From positions 2,046 to 66,045 of the forward strand of contig CAJUPB010000012.1 of NCBI GenBank assembly GCA_910588155.1: 64,000 nt of DNA, read 5' to 3'. The notes beneath the pieces were generated by a model. The model ran no database searches and was not told the DNA's origin. It saw nothing but the letters and a program-made list of their open reading frames with translations. This stretch comes from an uncultured Christensenellaceae bacterium. GTDB lineage: Bacteria > Bacillota > Clostridia > Christensenellales > Pumilibacteraceae. A program made the translations under genes and the position numbers. Within the stretch, counting starts at the first letter, position 1. Every line of letters starts with the position of its first letter. Of the stretch, positions 52,143-61,266 are shown one piece after another.

Positions 52143-52766
52143 TTATATTTCGGAAATTATTTTAAGTCGTTTCAAGACGGGCAACAGCGCGCCCACGATA
52201 ACCAGATTCAGAGTTATTACAATCGGTTGCGGCCAACGTGTTGCAAGCATTGCAAAAAACGGAACTTCTCCCATAGTATTCAGCGACAGCCCCAAAGTCG
52301 TTATGCCCAAAGTGCAAACCAGCATAGAAACAACGGTGCCTATGACAATTTTCAAAAACAGATTTTTTATCGGAATATACTTGACCGCAAGACCGATAAA
52401 AAGCGGAAATAACGTATTCGATATCACGAGCAGGGGAAGTATTCCGCCCGTTGTGGGCAATAAGAATGTGCCCAATACGTCGGAAAGAAATCCGACTGCC
52501 ATACCGCCCAACGGTCCGAGTATGACTGCGGACAGAATCCAGGCAATATAGATGAAACTCAATTTCAGGTTGAACAGCATCAGCGCGCCGCCCCAAATTT
52601 GACCCACGAGTTTCAGTATCAGCGCAAGCGCGGTCAGCGCGGCTGTGTAAGTCAATCCTCTTGTGTACGATAGTGCGGGTTTCTTTTTGAGGCTATTGCA
52701 ATCATTCGGAGTTGCAATTTCCTGTTGAGAAACCCTCGGTTTTTTTACCTCGGTGTTACTTCTCAA
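52143..52766 (-). CDS. ECF-transporter substrate-capture (S) component, FolT-like
   Basis: Polytopic membrane protein. ILGPLGGMAVGFLSDVLGTFLLP and LATRWPQPIV resemble folate-family S components. TTG start with AAGGAG upstream. Confidence 0.55.
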   Translation of the reverse strand: MRSNTEVKKPRVSQQEIATPNDCNSLKKKPALSYTRGLTYTAALTALALILKLVGQIWGGALMLFNLKLSFIYIAWILSAVILGPLGGMAVGFLSDVLGTFLLPTTGGILPLLVISNTLFPLFIGLAVKYIPIKNLFLKIVIGTVVSMLVCTLGITTLGLSLNTMGEVPFFAMLATRWPQPIVITLNLVIVGALLPVLKRLKIISEI

Positions 52767-52828
52767 TGTCGGGCGTTCTCCTTTTGAATTTTATTGCCGC
52801 CGAAACGGCAAAAAGTAGCTATATTATA

Positions 52829-54358
52829 CTATGCCCGACGTGTTTTTGCAACGGTTTTTGCCTTCTTTTTCGAAACTTTTTCTTTTTTTCTTACGAACAT
52901 ACTCAAATCGAAAGTTGCGAATATAAGGTTTAAACCAATCATAAATACGAGCGACACGCCGCCCGCCACGGCTATTCTGAAAAATGCGGGCAGCGCAAAG
53001 CAGAGAGCATACAGCCAGCGATTCAACAGTATGGCGGGGAATATCAGACATACGGACTTGACAAGCGCGGGAATAAACGACAGCTTTATCTGCGTTTTAC
53101 GCTTTATGTCTATTATGTCGAGGACGGACGACAGCGTGAGGTTGACGCCCATAGCTATCGACAGAATGTTGACGTTGAAATTGTTTCGGAACAGAAAGAG
53201 TATGGCAAACAAAACTGCGCTTCCTATAAGATAGTTTATCAGACTTTTGATTTCGAGGTCGAGGGAGTTCATCATAGAAGAGGTTATGCTTTCCACGGCT
53301 ATCGGAATCAAAAGCCACGCAGAGAAAGAGAGAAAGCGCCCCGATTCCGCGCTGTTATATACGAATAGGCCTATCGCTTCGCCAAGTTCGAAGAATGTCG
53401 GTACAAACAATGCGGACAGCGTTATGGAAAAAGAAATTGCGTTTTCAATCTGGCGTTTGACGGACTCTTTGTCGCCGTTGGCTTTTGCGGTGGAAAGAGT
53501 GGGTATCATAACGAACGCCAGTGAACCGATGACGGTTATCGGAATATACAAAAGCGGCATAGCCATTCCTATGGATGCGCCGTATGCGCTCATAGCCTGC
53601 GCTATGCTCATACCGCTCGATATCAGAAGTTGCGGAACGATAAGCGCAATCAGCGAATTCAGGATACTTCCGGAAGTTTTGACGGCGGTAATCGGAAGGG
53701 CGGATTTAATCAGTGCCGCAAATTGTCCTTTCGGCGGCGACAGTTTGCCTTTAAGCGCAAAGTATCCGATTATACAGCTCAAACAACTCAACGCACAGCC
53801 CAAAAGCATAGCGAATGCCGTGCTTTTCATTTTGTCGAAGCCGAGAGAGAACGCTATGATGCATACGCCTATGCGTATGACCTGTTCCACAACCTCGACT
53901 ACGGAAACGAGAGTGTATCGTTCGTTTCCCCACAGATTGCCGCGCAGGGCGGCATACACCGCGGAAAAGCAAGAGCCCGGCAGCATTATGAGCAAAAGCG
54001 TCATAGATTCTTTTGCCGCAAACAGACCGCCGAGAATGTCTTTCAAAAGAAAGCAAACCAGACAGACCGCCACCGATACCGAAACGCCGGTTATCATAGC
54101 GGCGGAAGCAAGCGATTGCGCCGATTTGAATTTCTTTTCCGCGACGTATTTTGCCGTCAACTTGCTTACGACGAGAGGTATGCCGCTCGTCACCAAACCC
54201 AAAAGCACGTAAAATACGGAAAGCGAAACTTGATATACTCCGAGAGATACCGAGCCGAGCTGTCGGGAGAGATATATTTTGAATACAAAGCCTATCGTTC
54301 TTTCCAAAACGGTAAATGCGGAGAGGGTAAAGACCGCCTTTATGATACCTTTTTTCAT
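52829..54358 (-). CDS. MOP-superfamily flippase (SpoVB/MurJ-like polysaccharide biosynthesis protein)
   Basis: About 14 TM segments. The N-terminus FTVLERTIGFVFKIYLSRQLGSVSLGVYQVSLSVF is typical of SpoVB-type proteins. Confidence 0.75.
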   Translation of the reverse strand: MKKGIIKAVFTLSAFTVLERTIGFVFKIYLSRQLGSVSLGVYQVSLSVFYVLLGLVTSGIPLVVSKLTAKYVAEKKFKSAQSLASAAMITGVSVSVAVCLVCFLLKDILGGLFAAKESMTLLLIMLPGSCFSAVYAALRGNLWGNERYTLVSVVEVVEQVIRIGVCIIAFSLGFDKMKSTAFAMLLGCALSCLSCIIGYFALKGKLSPPKGQFAALIKSALPITAVKTSGSILNSLIALIVPQLLISSGMSIAQAMSAYGASIGMAMPLLYIPITVIGSLAFVMIPTLSTAKANGDKESVKRQIENAISFSITLSALFVPTFFELGEAIGLFVYNSAESGRFLSFSAWLLIPIAVESITSSMMNSLDLEIKSLINYLIGSAVLFAILFLFRNNFNVNILSIAMGVNLTLSSVLDIIDIKRKTQIKLSFIPALVKSVCLIFPAILLNRWLYALCFALPAFFRIAVAGGVSLVFMIGLNLIFATFDLSMFVRKKEKVSKKKAKTVAKTRRA

Positions 54359-54514
54359 AATAATAATTTATTTGTCTGATTCTCGCAGTAGAACGAAAAA
54401 AGTCGAATTTTCGGACAAAATCGCAAAAGCAATCATAAAAACATAATGAGGTTTTCAAAGTTGTTTGACATTTTTGCACATAATTATCACATAAATGTTT
54501 TTATACTAAAACAG

Positions 54515-54543
54515 TTGAAAAATGCGCGTTTTTCTGCTATAAT
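54515..54543 (+). promoter_or_regulatory. Sigma-A promoter placed for a leaderless lipoprotein mRNA
   Basis: TTGAAA, a 17-nt spacer, then TATAAT. The ATG at 54550 lies 6 nt after the -10 and there is no SD. Confidence 0.5.
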
Positions 54544-54549
54544 TCGAGT

Positions 54550-57255
54550 ATGATGAAAGTCGATAAAAAAAGAGCGACGTATATGCCGCTTATAACGCTG
54601 TTAATCGCGGTACTCGTATTGCCCGCTTTATCGGGCTGTTTTTCGGGTTGCTTCGGTTTGTCGCTGACTTCCATATCGTTCAAACAAGAACAAATAAATT
54701 TGAATATCGGCGACGTGTATACCGTCACCGCATCTGCGCTGGATTTCGAGCCGGCTCTTGCTTCGAACAAGGATTTTACGTTGGAAAGCCAAGATTTTGA
54801 CGTCGTGGAAGTCGTCGGAAGACAGATAACCGCAATCGGAGCGGGCAAAGCAACCGTAACGGCGGTTGCCGACGCAAACCCGAGCATTCGCGCGCAAATA
54901 ATCGTAAACGTCGGATATCCTACACCCACGGTTCTGACACTTAATACAATAGGGGACACTGCGCAGTATGTCGGCGAAGTTACCTCCGTGAAATTCGAAG
55001 TTGCGGCAGACGTCGAAATAGACCCCGAAAGCCGTTTTATATGGACGATTGACGGCGAGCGCGACCCCGAAAACGAGTCGGCGGTTTACGAGTTTACTCC
55101 CGCGAATCGGGCGGGCGAGCATTTGATAGAAGCCGAGCTCGGGGACTGCAAAGCGCAAAGCTGCATTAAAGTGTTCACGAAGAGGATAGAAAATGCCGAA
55201 GCGAGCGCAACGGGCGCATTCGAACAGGACAACGATTATACGGCGGTAAATATTTCCGTGACGTATTCGGCTGTCGACGGCGACCCCGAACCTTTTATGG
55301 ATTATTATGTAAACGGCAAACTTTGTCACAGCGGTTCCGACAATTTCGATTTCACGCCGGAAACCGCGGGAATATATACCGTTACTGTAAAACTCAACGA
55401 CGAAACCGTGCTCATAAACGGCGAAAGCGAGCTTGTGATTACCGCAAAGGGCAGCGTTACGCCGACGGGAGTCAAGGTTTCGTATAACAACGTATATCCG
55501 AATATTATCGTGACTTGGAATTGTCCGCATAACGACAATATGAATTACGGACTCAAAATAGAAAAAATCGTCGGGGGCAACGTTTCGCAGGTTTCGGAAA
55601 ATATCACTTCGACGAACGTTTCGGCGAAAAAGTATTTCGACGGTACCAGCGTCAATCTGGGCGAGCTTATCGACATAACTTCTTCGGCATACAGGATAAG
55701 CGTTCGTTCTCTCGGCGACAACGGCATATACTCTCAATCGTCGTACAGCGACGGCGTTATCGTGAATAAGATAGATTCGAGCGCGGTATCGGCATTGAAC
55801 AATAAAGTTCTCGGCTCTTCCATCGACCATTACATCGTGGGCGACGACGAATTCAACGAGCTTTACGCATATTATATGGCATTCAGAAAAACCGCATCAA
55901 AAGTTCAGTTTACGGTGTATATGGCATATACACCCGCACATAAGGCTTACAGCGGTGCAGGAGAGTCCTCTCTTTTGGGCAATGCATTCAATTACGGCGC
56001 GACCACCGGTTACTACGACATAGAACCGCCCAAGGTAAACGGAAGAACAGTTTATTCGGTTCGCGCGGGGGACGTTATGACGGTGACGGTCGGTTGCGAC
56101 AATACCGTGGTCCCGAGCATTGCGGGCGATTATTCGCAGACCGTAAGACAATACGACGCTTTGGAACCTCACACCGCGACGGCGCTCGGCAAGAGTCTGA
56201 CGAGAGACTCGACCCACGAGTTTGTCACGGATACTTATACCAAAGCGGAAGCGGTAACCACTTCGGAAGAACTGTTTCGTACGGTGGAATACGGCGTGCG
56301 TCCCGTTCCTACGAGAGGTTCGGCGGCGGAGAGATTGTATTCTTTTGCGAAAAGACTGCTTATCGAAATAAATTCCGACGATATGACCGACGCCGAAAAG
56401 GTGCACAGCATATACGATTGGATTATGTGGAACGTTCAGTACGACCATTCGGCAGTAAACGTAAGCAAAGAAACGGACAGCGCGAAATACAATGCCTATT
56501 GGTTGGAAGGCGTGTTGACGACGACAAACGCATATGCCGTTTGCGACGGTATGAGCAAAGCAATGTCGCTGTTATGCAATATGGAGGGAATACCCGCATA
56601 CCGTGTCACGGGCACGGCGGGGCCGTCCGTTGCGGGATTGACGAGAGCGGAAGCATTGCTGGTCAAACAGGAACAATGGGGCGGTCACGCCTGGGTTAAG
56701 GTCAAAGTGGACGGAGATTGGTACGTCTGCGACCCGACCTGGGGAGATTCTACGGCGGAAATAGGGTCGGGATTTTCCAAAGCGGTGTACGAAATGGCTT
56801 GGCACGACCACTTGCTGGTTTCCGACTCCGACATAGCATACACGCACGAATACGACCATACTACGAATAATCCCGTAACCGCTGCGGAAAGTTACAATAT
56901 TTACGATAAAATGGAATTGGTTTATGCGGATTCGAGCGGAACGCAAAAGAGCGTCGACACCTATATCGACGCGGGCGGCAGCGCGATGGACAGAGAACTC
57001 CGCGAAATCGCCGACTATATTTCATACAGTGCAGACATTGCTAAAAAGAGCATTACCATTATGGGAAGTACGAAATCGAGATTGTATTTCGGCGTCGAAT
57101 TGGTGGCTTCGGACAGATATATGAGCGCTTTCCGTACGACGATGAAATCGCTGACCAATCCGTTGAAAATGCGCCTTTACGAAAACGGATACCGTTCCGT
57201 AGACATATTGATGTTCGATTCTGCGGACAGCATAATGGTCACGGTCAGATTATAA
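54550..57255 (+). CDS. Large lipoprotein with Big_2-like Ig domains and a C-terminal transglutaminase-like core
   Basis: The signal peptide has lipobox LSGC. A Big_2-like module is present (NIGDVYTVTASAL...ITAIGAGKATVTAVA). The TGase triad context is AYAVCDGMSKAM, WGGHAWVKV, and YVCDPTWGD. Confidence 0.8.
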   Translation: MMKVDKKRATYMPLITLLIAVLVLPALSGCFSGCFGLSLTSISFKQEQINLNIGDVYTVTASALDFEPALASNKDFTLESQDFDVVEVVGRQITAIGAGKATVTAVADANPSIRAQIIVNVGYPTPTVLTLNTIGDTAQYVGEVTSVKFEVAADVEIDPESRFIWTIDGERDPENESAVYEFTPANRAGEHLIEAELGDCKAQSCIKVFTKRIENAEASATGAFEQDNDYTAVNISVTYSAVDGDPEPFMDYYVNGKLCHSGSDNFDFTPETAGIYTVTVKLNDETVLINGESELVITAKGSVTPTGVKVSYNNVYPNIIVTWNCPHNDNMNYGLKIEKIVGGNVSQVSENITSTNVSAKKYFDGTSVNLGELIDITSSAYRISVRSLGDNGIYSQSSYSDGVIVNKIDSSAVSALNNKVLGSSIDHYIVGDDEFNELYAYYMAFRKTASKVQFTVYMAYTPAHKAYSGAGESSLLGNAFNYGATTGYYDIEPPKVNGRTVYSVRAGDVMTVTVGCDNTVVPSIAGDYSQTVRQYDALEPHTATALGKSLTRDSTHEFVTDTYTKAEAVTTSEELFRTVEYGVRPVPTRGSAAERLYSFAKRLLIEINSDDMTDAEKVHSIYDWIMWNVQYDHSAVNVSKETDSAKYNAYWLEGVLTTTNAYAVCDGMSKAMSLLCNMEGIPAYRVTGTAGPSVAGLTRAEALLVKQEQWGGHAWVKVKVDGDWYVCDPTWGDSTAEIGSGFSKAVYEMAWHDHLLVSDSDIAYTHEYDHTTNNPVTAAESYNIYDKMELVYADSSGTQKSVDTYIDAGGSAMDRELREIADYISYSADIAKKSITIMGSTKSRLYFGVELVASDRYMSAFRTTMKSLTNPLKMRLYENGYRSVDILMFDSADSIMVTVRL

Positions 57256-57336
57256 CGAAAAAAGCAAGCTCGTAAAGCGCACTTCCCATAGGGAATTAAA
57301 AACTGAATTTTTAAGAGCTGCACTTTCAAGCGAGAC

Positions 57337-57372
57337 AAAAGGCTCTTGGACAAATAGTTCAAGAGCCTTTTT
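57337..57372. terminator. Bidirectional terminator between the lipoprotein and hxlR-like genes
   Basis: The stem is AAAGGCTCTT/AAGAGCCTTT (10 bp, perfect) with a 13-nt loop and T- and A-runs. Confidence 0.8.
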
Positions 57373-57380
57373 GTGTATAG

Positions 57381-57776
57381 CTACTGATTAAGCAATTCTT
57401 TGATTTGTTCTTCCGAATACGGGCTTACATAATCGGGAGCACACAAATGTGTTTGACTCCACATCATCATTTGCGTTAAGACGGGAACAAAACTTTTACC
57501 TAGTTCGGTCAAGGTATATTCTACGTGCGGCGGAACTTCTTTGTAAATCTCGCGATGGATAAAACCGTCATCTTCTAATTCTCGCAACTGCTTTGTAAGA
57601 GTAGATTGTGTGATGCCGTCAATTCTTCTCAATAGTTCACCAAATCGTTGCACCTTACTAACAGCTATATACCACAAAATAAGGAACTTCCATTTTCCGC
57701 TTAAAACGGATTGCAATGTACTCATCGGTACACATCGTGCCATAACTTCTCTTTTTCTGAATTTGTTGTCTGTCAT
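57381..57776 (-). CDS. HxlR-family winged-helix transcriptional regulator
   Basis: LSGKWKFLILWYI, RFGELLRRIDGITQSTLTKQLRELEDDGFIHR, and VEYTLTELG. Confidence 0.88.
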   Translation of the reverse strand: MTDNKFRKREVMARCVPMSTLQSVLSGKWKFLILWYIAVSKVQRFGELLRRIDGITQSTLTKQLRELEDDGFIHREIYKEVPPHVEYTLTELGKSFVPVLTQMMMWSQTHLCAPDYVSPYSEEQIKELLNQ

Positions 57777-57829
57777 AGTGAACCTCGTTATTTATTATAG
57801 CGAATTTTCAAAGTTAAGTCAAACGCCAT

Positions 57830-57847
57830 AGTATCATTTTTGATACT
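57830..57847. promoter_or_regulatory. Perfect inverted repeat AGTATCA-TTTT-TGATACT in the hxlR / radical-SAM divergent region (candidate operator)
   Basis: The arms are 7 bp and were read directly. The repeat lies upstream of TTGAAT, an 18-nt spacer, then TATAAT, the putative promoter of the radical SAM gene. Confidence 0.45.
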
Positions 57848-57926
57848 ACTACTAAATAAAGACAGTACTTGAATTAGAAAACTATTAGGATTTATAATAG
57901 AAGAAAAACAAAGGACGGTTTTTATT

Positions 57927-58811
57927 ATGCACTATACAGGTACGGTTTGGCGTCCGCCTTACGAAGCGTGGTCAGCCCTATTGCAAGTTACGGCAGGTTG
58001 CACACATCATCAATGTAAGTTCTGCACTTTATATGACGATGTTCCGTTCAAGTTCCGTATGTCATCTATGGACGAAATCAAAGATGATTTGAAAGAATTG
58101 TATCGCTATACACCCGATGTAACGAGAGTGTTTTTAGTCGGGGCAAATCCTTTTGTGCTTTCTTCCGAAAAGCTGCGAAATATTTCGTATATGGCAAAAC
58201 AGTATCTCAATCGACTGAAAACTATCGGCTGTTTTGCTCGAATAACCGATATTGCACCGAAAAGCACAGAAGAATTAAAACAACTGCGCAGTTGCGGCTA
58301 TAACGGCATTACTATCGGTGTAGAAACGGGCGATGACGAAACATTGACCTTTATGCACAAAGGCTATACATCTGCCGACATATTAGAACAATGCCGCAAG
58401 CTCGACGAAGCAGGAATCGAATATAACTTTTTCTATCTCACGGGCATTTGCGGTGAAGGTAAAAGCAAGCAAGGTGTTGAGAATACACTAAAAGTATTTA
58501 ATGAGCTCAACCCTAAAATCATCGGCGCGTCTATGCTTACCATTTACCCCGCTTCGGAATTATATACCGAAATACAAAAGGGAAATTGGGTGGAAGAAAG
58601 CGAAACGGAAAAATACGGCGAACTGAAAATGCTTATAAACGGTTTGTCGATTAAAACACACTTTGCCGCTTTGGGTGCGTCAAATGCAGTACAGTTGCAC
58701 GGCAATCTTCCATCCGATAGAACAAAACTGGTTGCAATAATAGACGAAGTGATTAACCGCTTTGGCGAAAAAGAATTAAAAAGATATAGAAAGAACTTGA
58801 AACACCTTTAA
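57927..58811 (+). CDS. Radical SAM-like protein with CX4CX2C cluster spacing
   Basis: VTAGCTHHQCKFCTLY (Cys-x4-Cys-x2-Cys), a GANPF glycine-rich block, and GITIGVETGDD. No SPASM-type C-terminal Cys cluster is present. Confidence 0.65.
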   Translation: MHYTGTVWRPPYEAWSALLQVTAGCTHHQCKFCTLYDDVPFKFRMSSMDEIKDDLKELYRYTPDVTRVFLVGANPFVLSSEKLRNISYMAKQYLNRLKTIGCFARITDIAPKSTEELKQLRSCGYNGITIGVETGDDETLTFMHKGYTSADILEQCRKLDEAGIEYNFFYLTGICGEGKSKQGVENTLKVFNELNPKIIGASMLTIYPASELYTEIQKGNWVEESETEKYGELKMLINGLSIKTHFAALGASNAVQLHGNLPSDRTKLVAIIDEVINRFGEKELKRYRKNLKHL

Positions 58812-58814
58812 CAA

Positions 58815-58843
58815 AAAAGCCGAGATTTGCTCTCGGCTTTTTG
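58815..58843 (+). terminator. Rho-independent terminator after the radical SAM gene
   Basis: The stem is AAGCCGAGA/TCTCGGCTT, followed by T4. Confidence 0.8.
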
Positions 58844-59004
58844 CGCTAACTTGAAATTTATAGTTAAATTGTGGAGTGTATTTGCAATTCTTTTTTGTCA
58901 CACTTTGTTTATCGCATTGCAAGAATTATAAGAACAAAAACGGATGCTCTTACGGTTCTGCACGGTAAACAAAAACATTATTCGTCCAATCTTAAAATTT
59001 GTCC

Positions 59005-59019
59005 TTTGCATATTGCAAA
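59005..59019. promoter_or_regulatory. Inverted repeat TTTGCA-TAT-TGCAAA upstream of the XRE-TM gene (candidate operator)
   Basis: Perfect 6-bp arms. Two further TTGCAA cores lie at 58882-58887 and 58917-58922. Confidence 0.3.
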
Positions 59020-59093
59020 TTCGCTGTTTATGGGTAATCGTTTTCGATGATTTTATGATATAATTAAAATATCGGAAATAAGGAGCTACATCT

Positions 59094-59558
59094 ATGGATA
59101 TGCAAAAAATCGGCTCGTTTTTAGCTGAATTGCGGAAAGAAAAAAATTTGACGCAGGATGAACTTGGTGCGCAAATCGGAGTTACGAATAAAACTATCTC
59201 GCGCTGGGAAACCGGCAGCTATTTACCGCCCGTCGAAATGCTGCAAACTCTTGGCGACACTTTCGGAGTAAGTATAAACGAAATATTGAACGGCGAACGG
59301 ATAAGCGACGGAAACTATAAAGATATTTCGGAACAAAATATCAAATCCGCGCTGACAAAAAGCGATTCGGTAATAGCAAAACACAGAAAAATTATGAACT
59401 GGGTTATCGCTGTCGTTGTGGCTGCTTTATACGTAACGATTAGTCTTATAACTTTGAAATGGGAATATACCTGGATTATCTGGGCGGTTTACTGCGCGTA
59501 TCGAACAGTCGAGAGTATAATAATTTACCGTCTGAACGTTCACATCAATTCAAAATAG
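59094..59558 (+). CDS. XRE-family HTH protein with C-terminal TM segments
   Basis: The HTH is LTQDELGAQIGVTNKTISRWETG. Two hydrophobic helices are present (WVIAVVVAALYVTISLITL, WIIWAVYCAY). AAGGAG SD. Confidence 0.82.
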   Translation: MDMQKIGSFLAELRKEKNLTQDELGAQIGVTNKTISRWETGSYLPPVEMLQTLGDTFGVSINEILNGERISDGNYKDISEQNIKSALTKSDSVIAKHRKIMNWVIAVVVAALYVTISLITLKWEYTWIIWAVYCAYRTVESIIIYRLNVHINSK

Positions 59559-59643
59559 ACATCTTCAATCTGCGTGCAGGTTATTTGCTTTTTCTCATAT
59601 TTAGTGCTACAATGTAGAATATATGATTAACAAGGAGTCAAAA

Positions 59644-60828
59644 ATGAATATCGAACAATTAAAAATCGATGCCGAAAACGGCAACGCGGCTGCACGGTGT
59701 GCGTTAGGCAAAATCTTATTGCGTATCGATTACGACGGTACGGAGATAGACGAAAACGCAGACGAAGGCGTCAGACTGCTTAAAAGCGCGGCAAAGCAAG
59801 GCAATGCTGAATCCGAGTTTAATTTGGGCTTGTGCTATCTTTACGGGCGCGGAGTTGACGAAGATAAAACGGAAGCATTCAAGCATACCTTGTCCGCCGC
59901 AAAAAAGAATTATGCTTCCGCACAAAATAATATTGGCACTTTTTACGAAAACGGGATAGGCGTTGAAAAGGACGAAAATGCCGCCTTCGAGTGGTATAAA
60001 AAATCGGCAGACCAAGGCAATGCTATCGGGCAACTGAATGTGGGTAATTGCTATAAGGAGGGAATTGCCGTAAAGCGAGATTTCGCGGAAGCTCTCAAAT
60101 GGATGAAGCTGTCCGCCGAGCAGGGGAATGCCGACGCTTTGTTTAAGATTGGCATTTTTTACGAATACGGTTACGGGGTCGGACGCGACGCGAAAGAATC
60201 GTTCGATTGGTATAAAAAAGCCGCCGAAAAAAATCACGGCAAAGCGATGTGTTACGTCGGCTATTGCTATCAGTACGGCGACGGTGTGGAGCGCAATCTT
60301 CAAGAAGCCGTTAAGTGGTATCAGGCTTCTATGGAACAAAAATATTTTCAGGCTTTCACCAATATGGGATATTGCTACCAGTACGGCGAAGGCGTAGAAA
60401 AGAATATGAATGCGGCGATTATGCTGTATCGCGCGGGCGCCGAACTCGGCAGTACGGACGCAATTTATAATTTGGGTATCTGCTACTACTACGGTTATGG
60501 CGTTAAGCAAAACGACGAAGAAGCCGCTAAATATTTTCTCGCCGGAGCAAACGCAGGCAGCGATAAATGCCAATTCAGAATAGGCGTTTGTTACGCTTGC
60601 GGCGAGGGCGTTGAGGAAGATGCCGATAAGGCTATCGAATATTGGACTCTTGCCGCCGCGAAAGGCAACGACGACGCATTGTATTCGCTGGGCGAACTTT
60701 ACGAAAACGGTATGGGCGTCGAAGAAGATATTGACGAAGCCGTGAAATACTATAAAGCTGCCGCCGCAAAAGGCAACGACGACGCAATAAAGAAATTGAA
60801 AAAAGGAAAATTCAAAAGATATATGTAA
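59644..60828 (+). CDS. Sel1-like repeat (SLR/TPR-like) protein
   Basis: About 10 tandem units of roughly 36 aa of the form A..W..KAA.QGNA.A...LG.CY..G.GV. AAGGAG lies 6 nt before the ATG at 59644. Confidence 0.88.
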   Translation: MNIEQLKIDAENGNAAARCALGKILLRIDYDGTEIDENADEGVRLLKSAAKQGNAESEFNLGLCYLYGRGVDEDKTEAFKHTLSAAKKNYASAQNNIGTFYENGIGVEKDENAAFEWYKKSADQGNAIGQLNVGNCYKEGIAVKRDFAEALKWMKLSAEQGNADALFKIGIFYEYGYGVGRDAKESFDWYKKAAEKNHGKAMCYVGYCYQYGDGVERNLQEAVKWYQASMEQKYFQAFTNMGYCYQYGEGVEKNMNAAIMLYRAGAELGSTDAIYNLGICYYYGYGVKQNDEEAAKYFLAGANAGSDKCQFRIGVCYACGEGVEEDADKAIEYWTLAAAKGNDDALYSLGELYENGMGVEEDIDEAVKYYKAAAAKGNDDAIKKLKKGKFKRYM

Positions 60829-60946
60829 GCCGAATTAAAGGAATATAGCGCATATTTCTCCCTGTTTCCCTTCATACTTCGGACACTGCTGTTCTAATCG
60901 CAATTATCAAATAAAGCTGCGACACATTCGTGGCTTTATTTTTGCA

Positions 60947-61147
60947 TTGTTACTCGGCTTTATGATGCTCATCTGCAAGTACAGTAATTTTGAAGCACTC
61001 ACGCCCGAAATACTGCGCTCGTTCATTTGCAAGGTAATCGTTCACGAGAAAACGAAAGTAAAAACGGTTGAAATCGTCTATAACTTCGTGGAACAATTGC
61101 CCCGCGGTTCTTTGACGACGACGAAGATTATTAACACAGGAAATTAA
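60947..61147 (+). pseudogene. C-terminal remnant of a large serine recombinase (DUF4368-type tail)
   Basis: FEALTPEILRSFICKVIVHEKTKVKTVEIVYNFVEQL matches, from memory, the conserved tail of TndX/CTn-type large serine recombinases (ELTP.IL.EFI.KI.VH...I.I.YNFVG). I see no resolvase catalytic domain or SD in the in-frame reading upstream. Confidence 0.55.
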
Positions 61148-61159
61148 ACCAAGACAAGA

Positions 61160-61186
61160 GAAAAGGCGTGAATTCACGACACGCCT
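61160..61186 (-). terminator. Probable terminator downstream of the lipid kinase gene
   Basis: The stem is AGGCGTG/CACGCCT with a 9-nt loop. On the minus strand it is followed by TTTTCTCTT. Confidence 0.5.
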
Positions 61187-61266
61187 AATTCTCTTTCGCA
61201 GCGACTTACCTATAAATTTTCTATGGGGACTACGGTAATGTGCTCGCTATTTTAATGCTTGAATAA

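Noticed and set aside
52138-54379. Plus-strand ORFs (52138-52551, 53247-54212, 53630-54379) opposite the ECF-S and flippase genes.
   Set aside because: The minus-strand frames give coherent polytopic membrane proteins with family-like motifs. The + frames are Ser/Pro/Arg-rich and motif-free.
58812-59093. A RiPP precursor peptide next to the radical SAM gene, for example the 38-codon ATG ORF starting near 58954.
   Set aside because: The ORF has no SD and no Cys/Gly-rich core or leader-like features. The enzyme lacks a SPASM or RRE domain.
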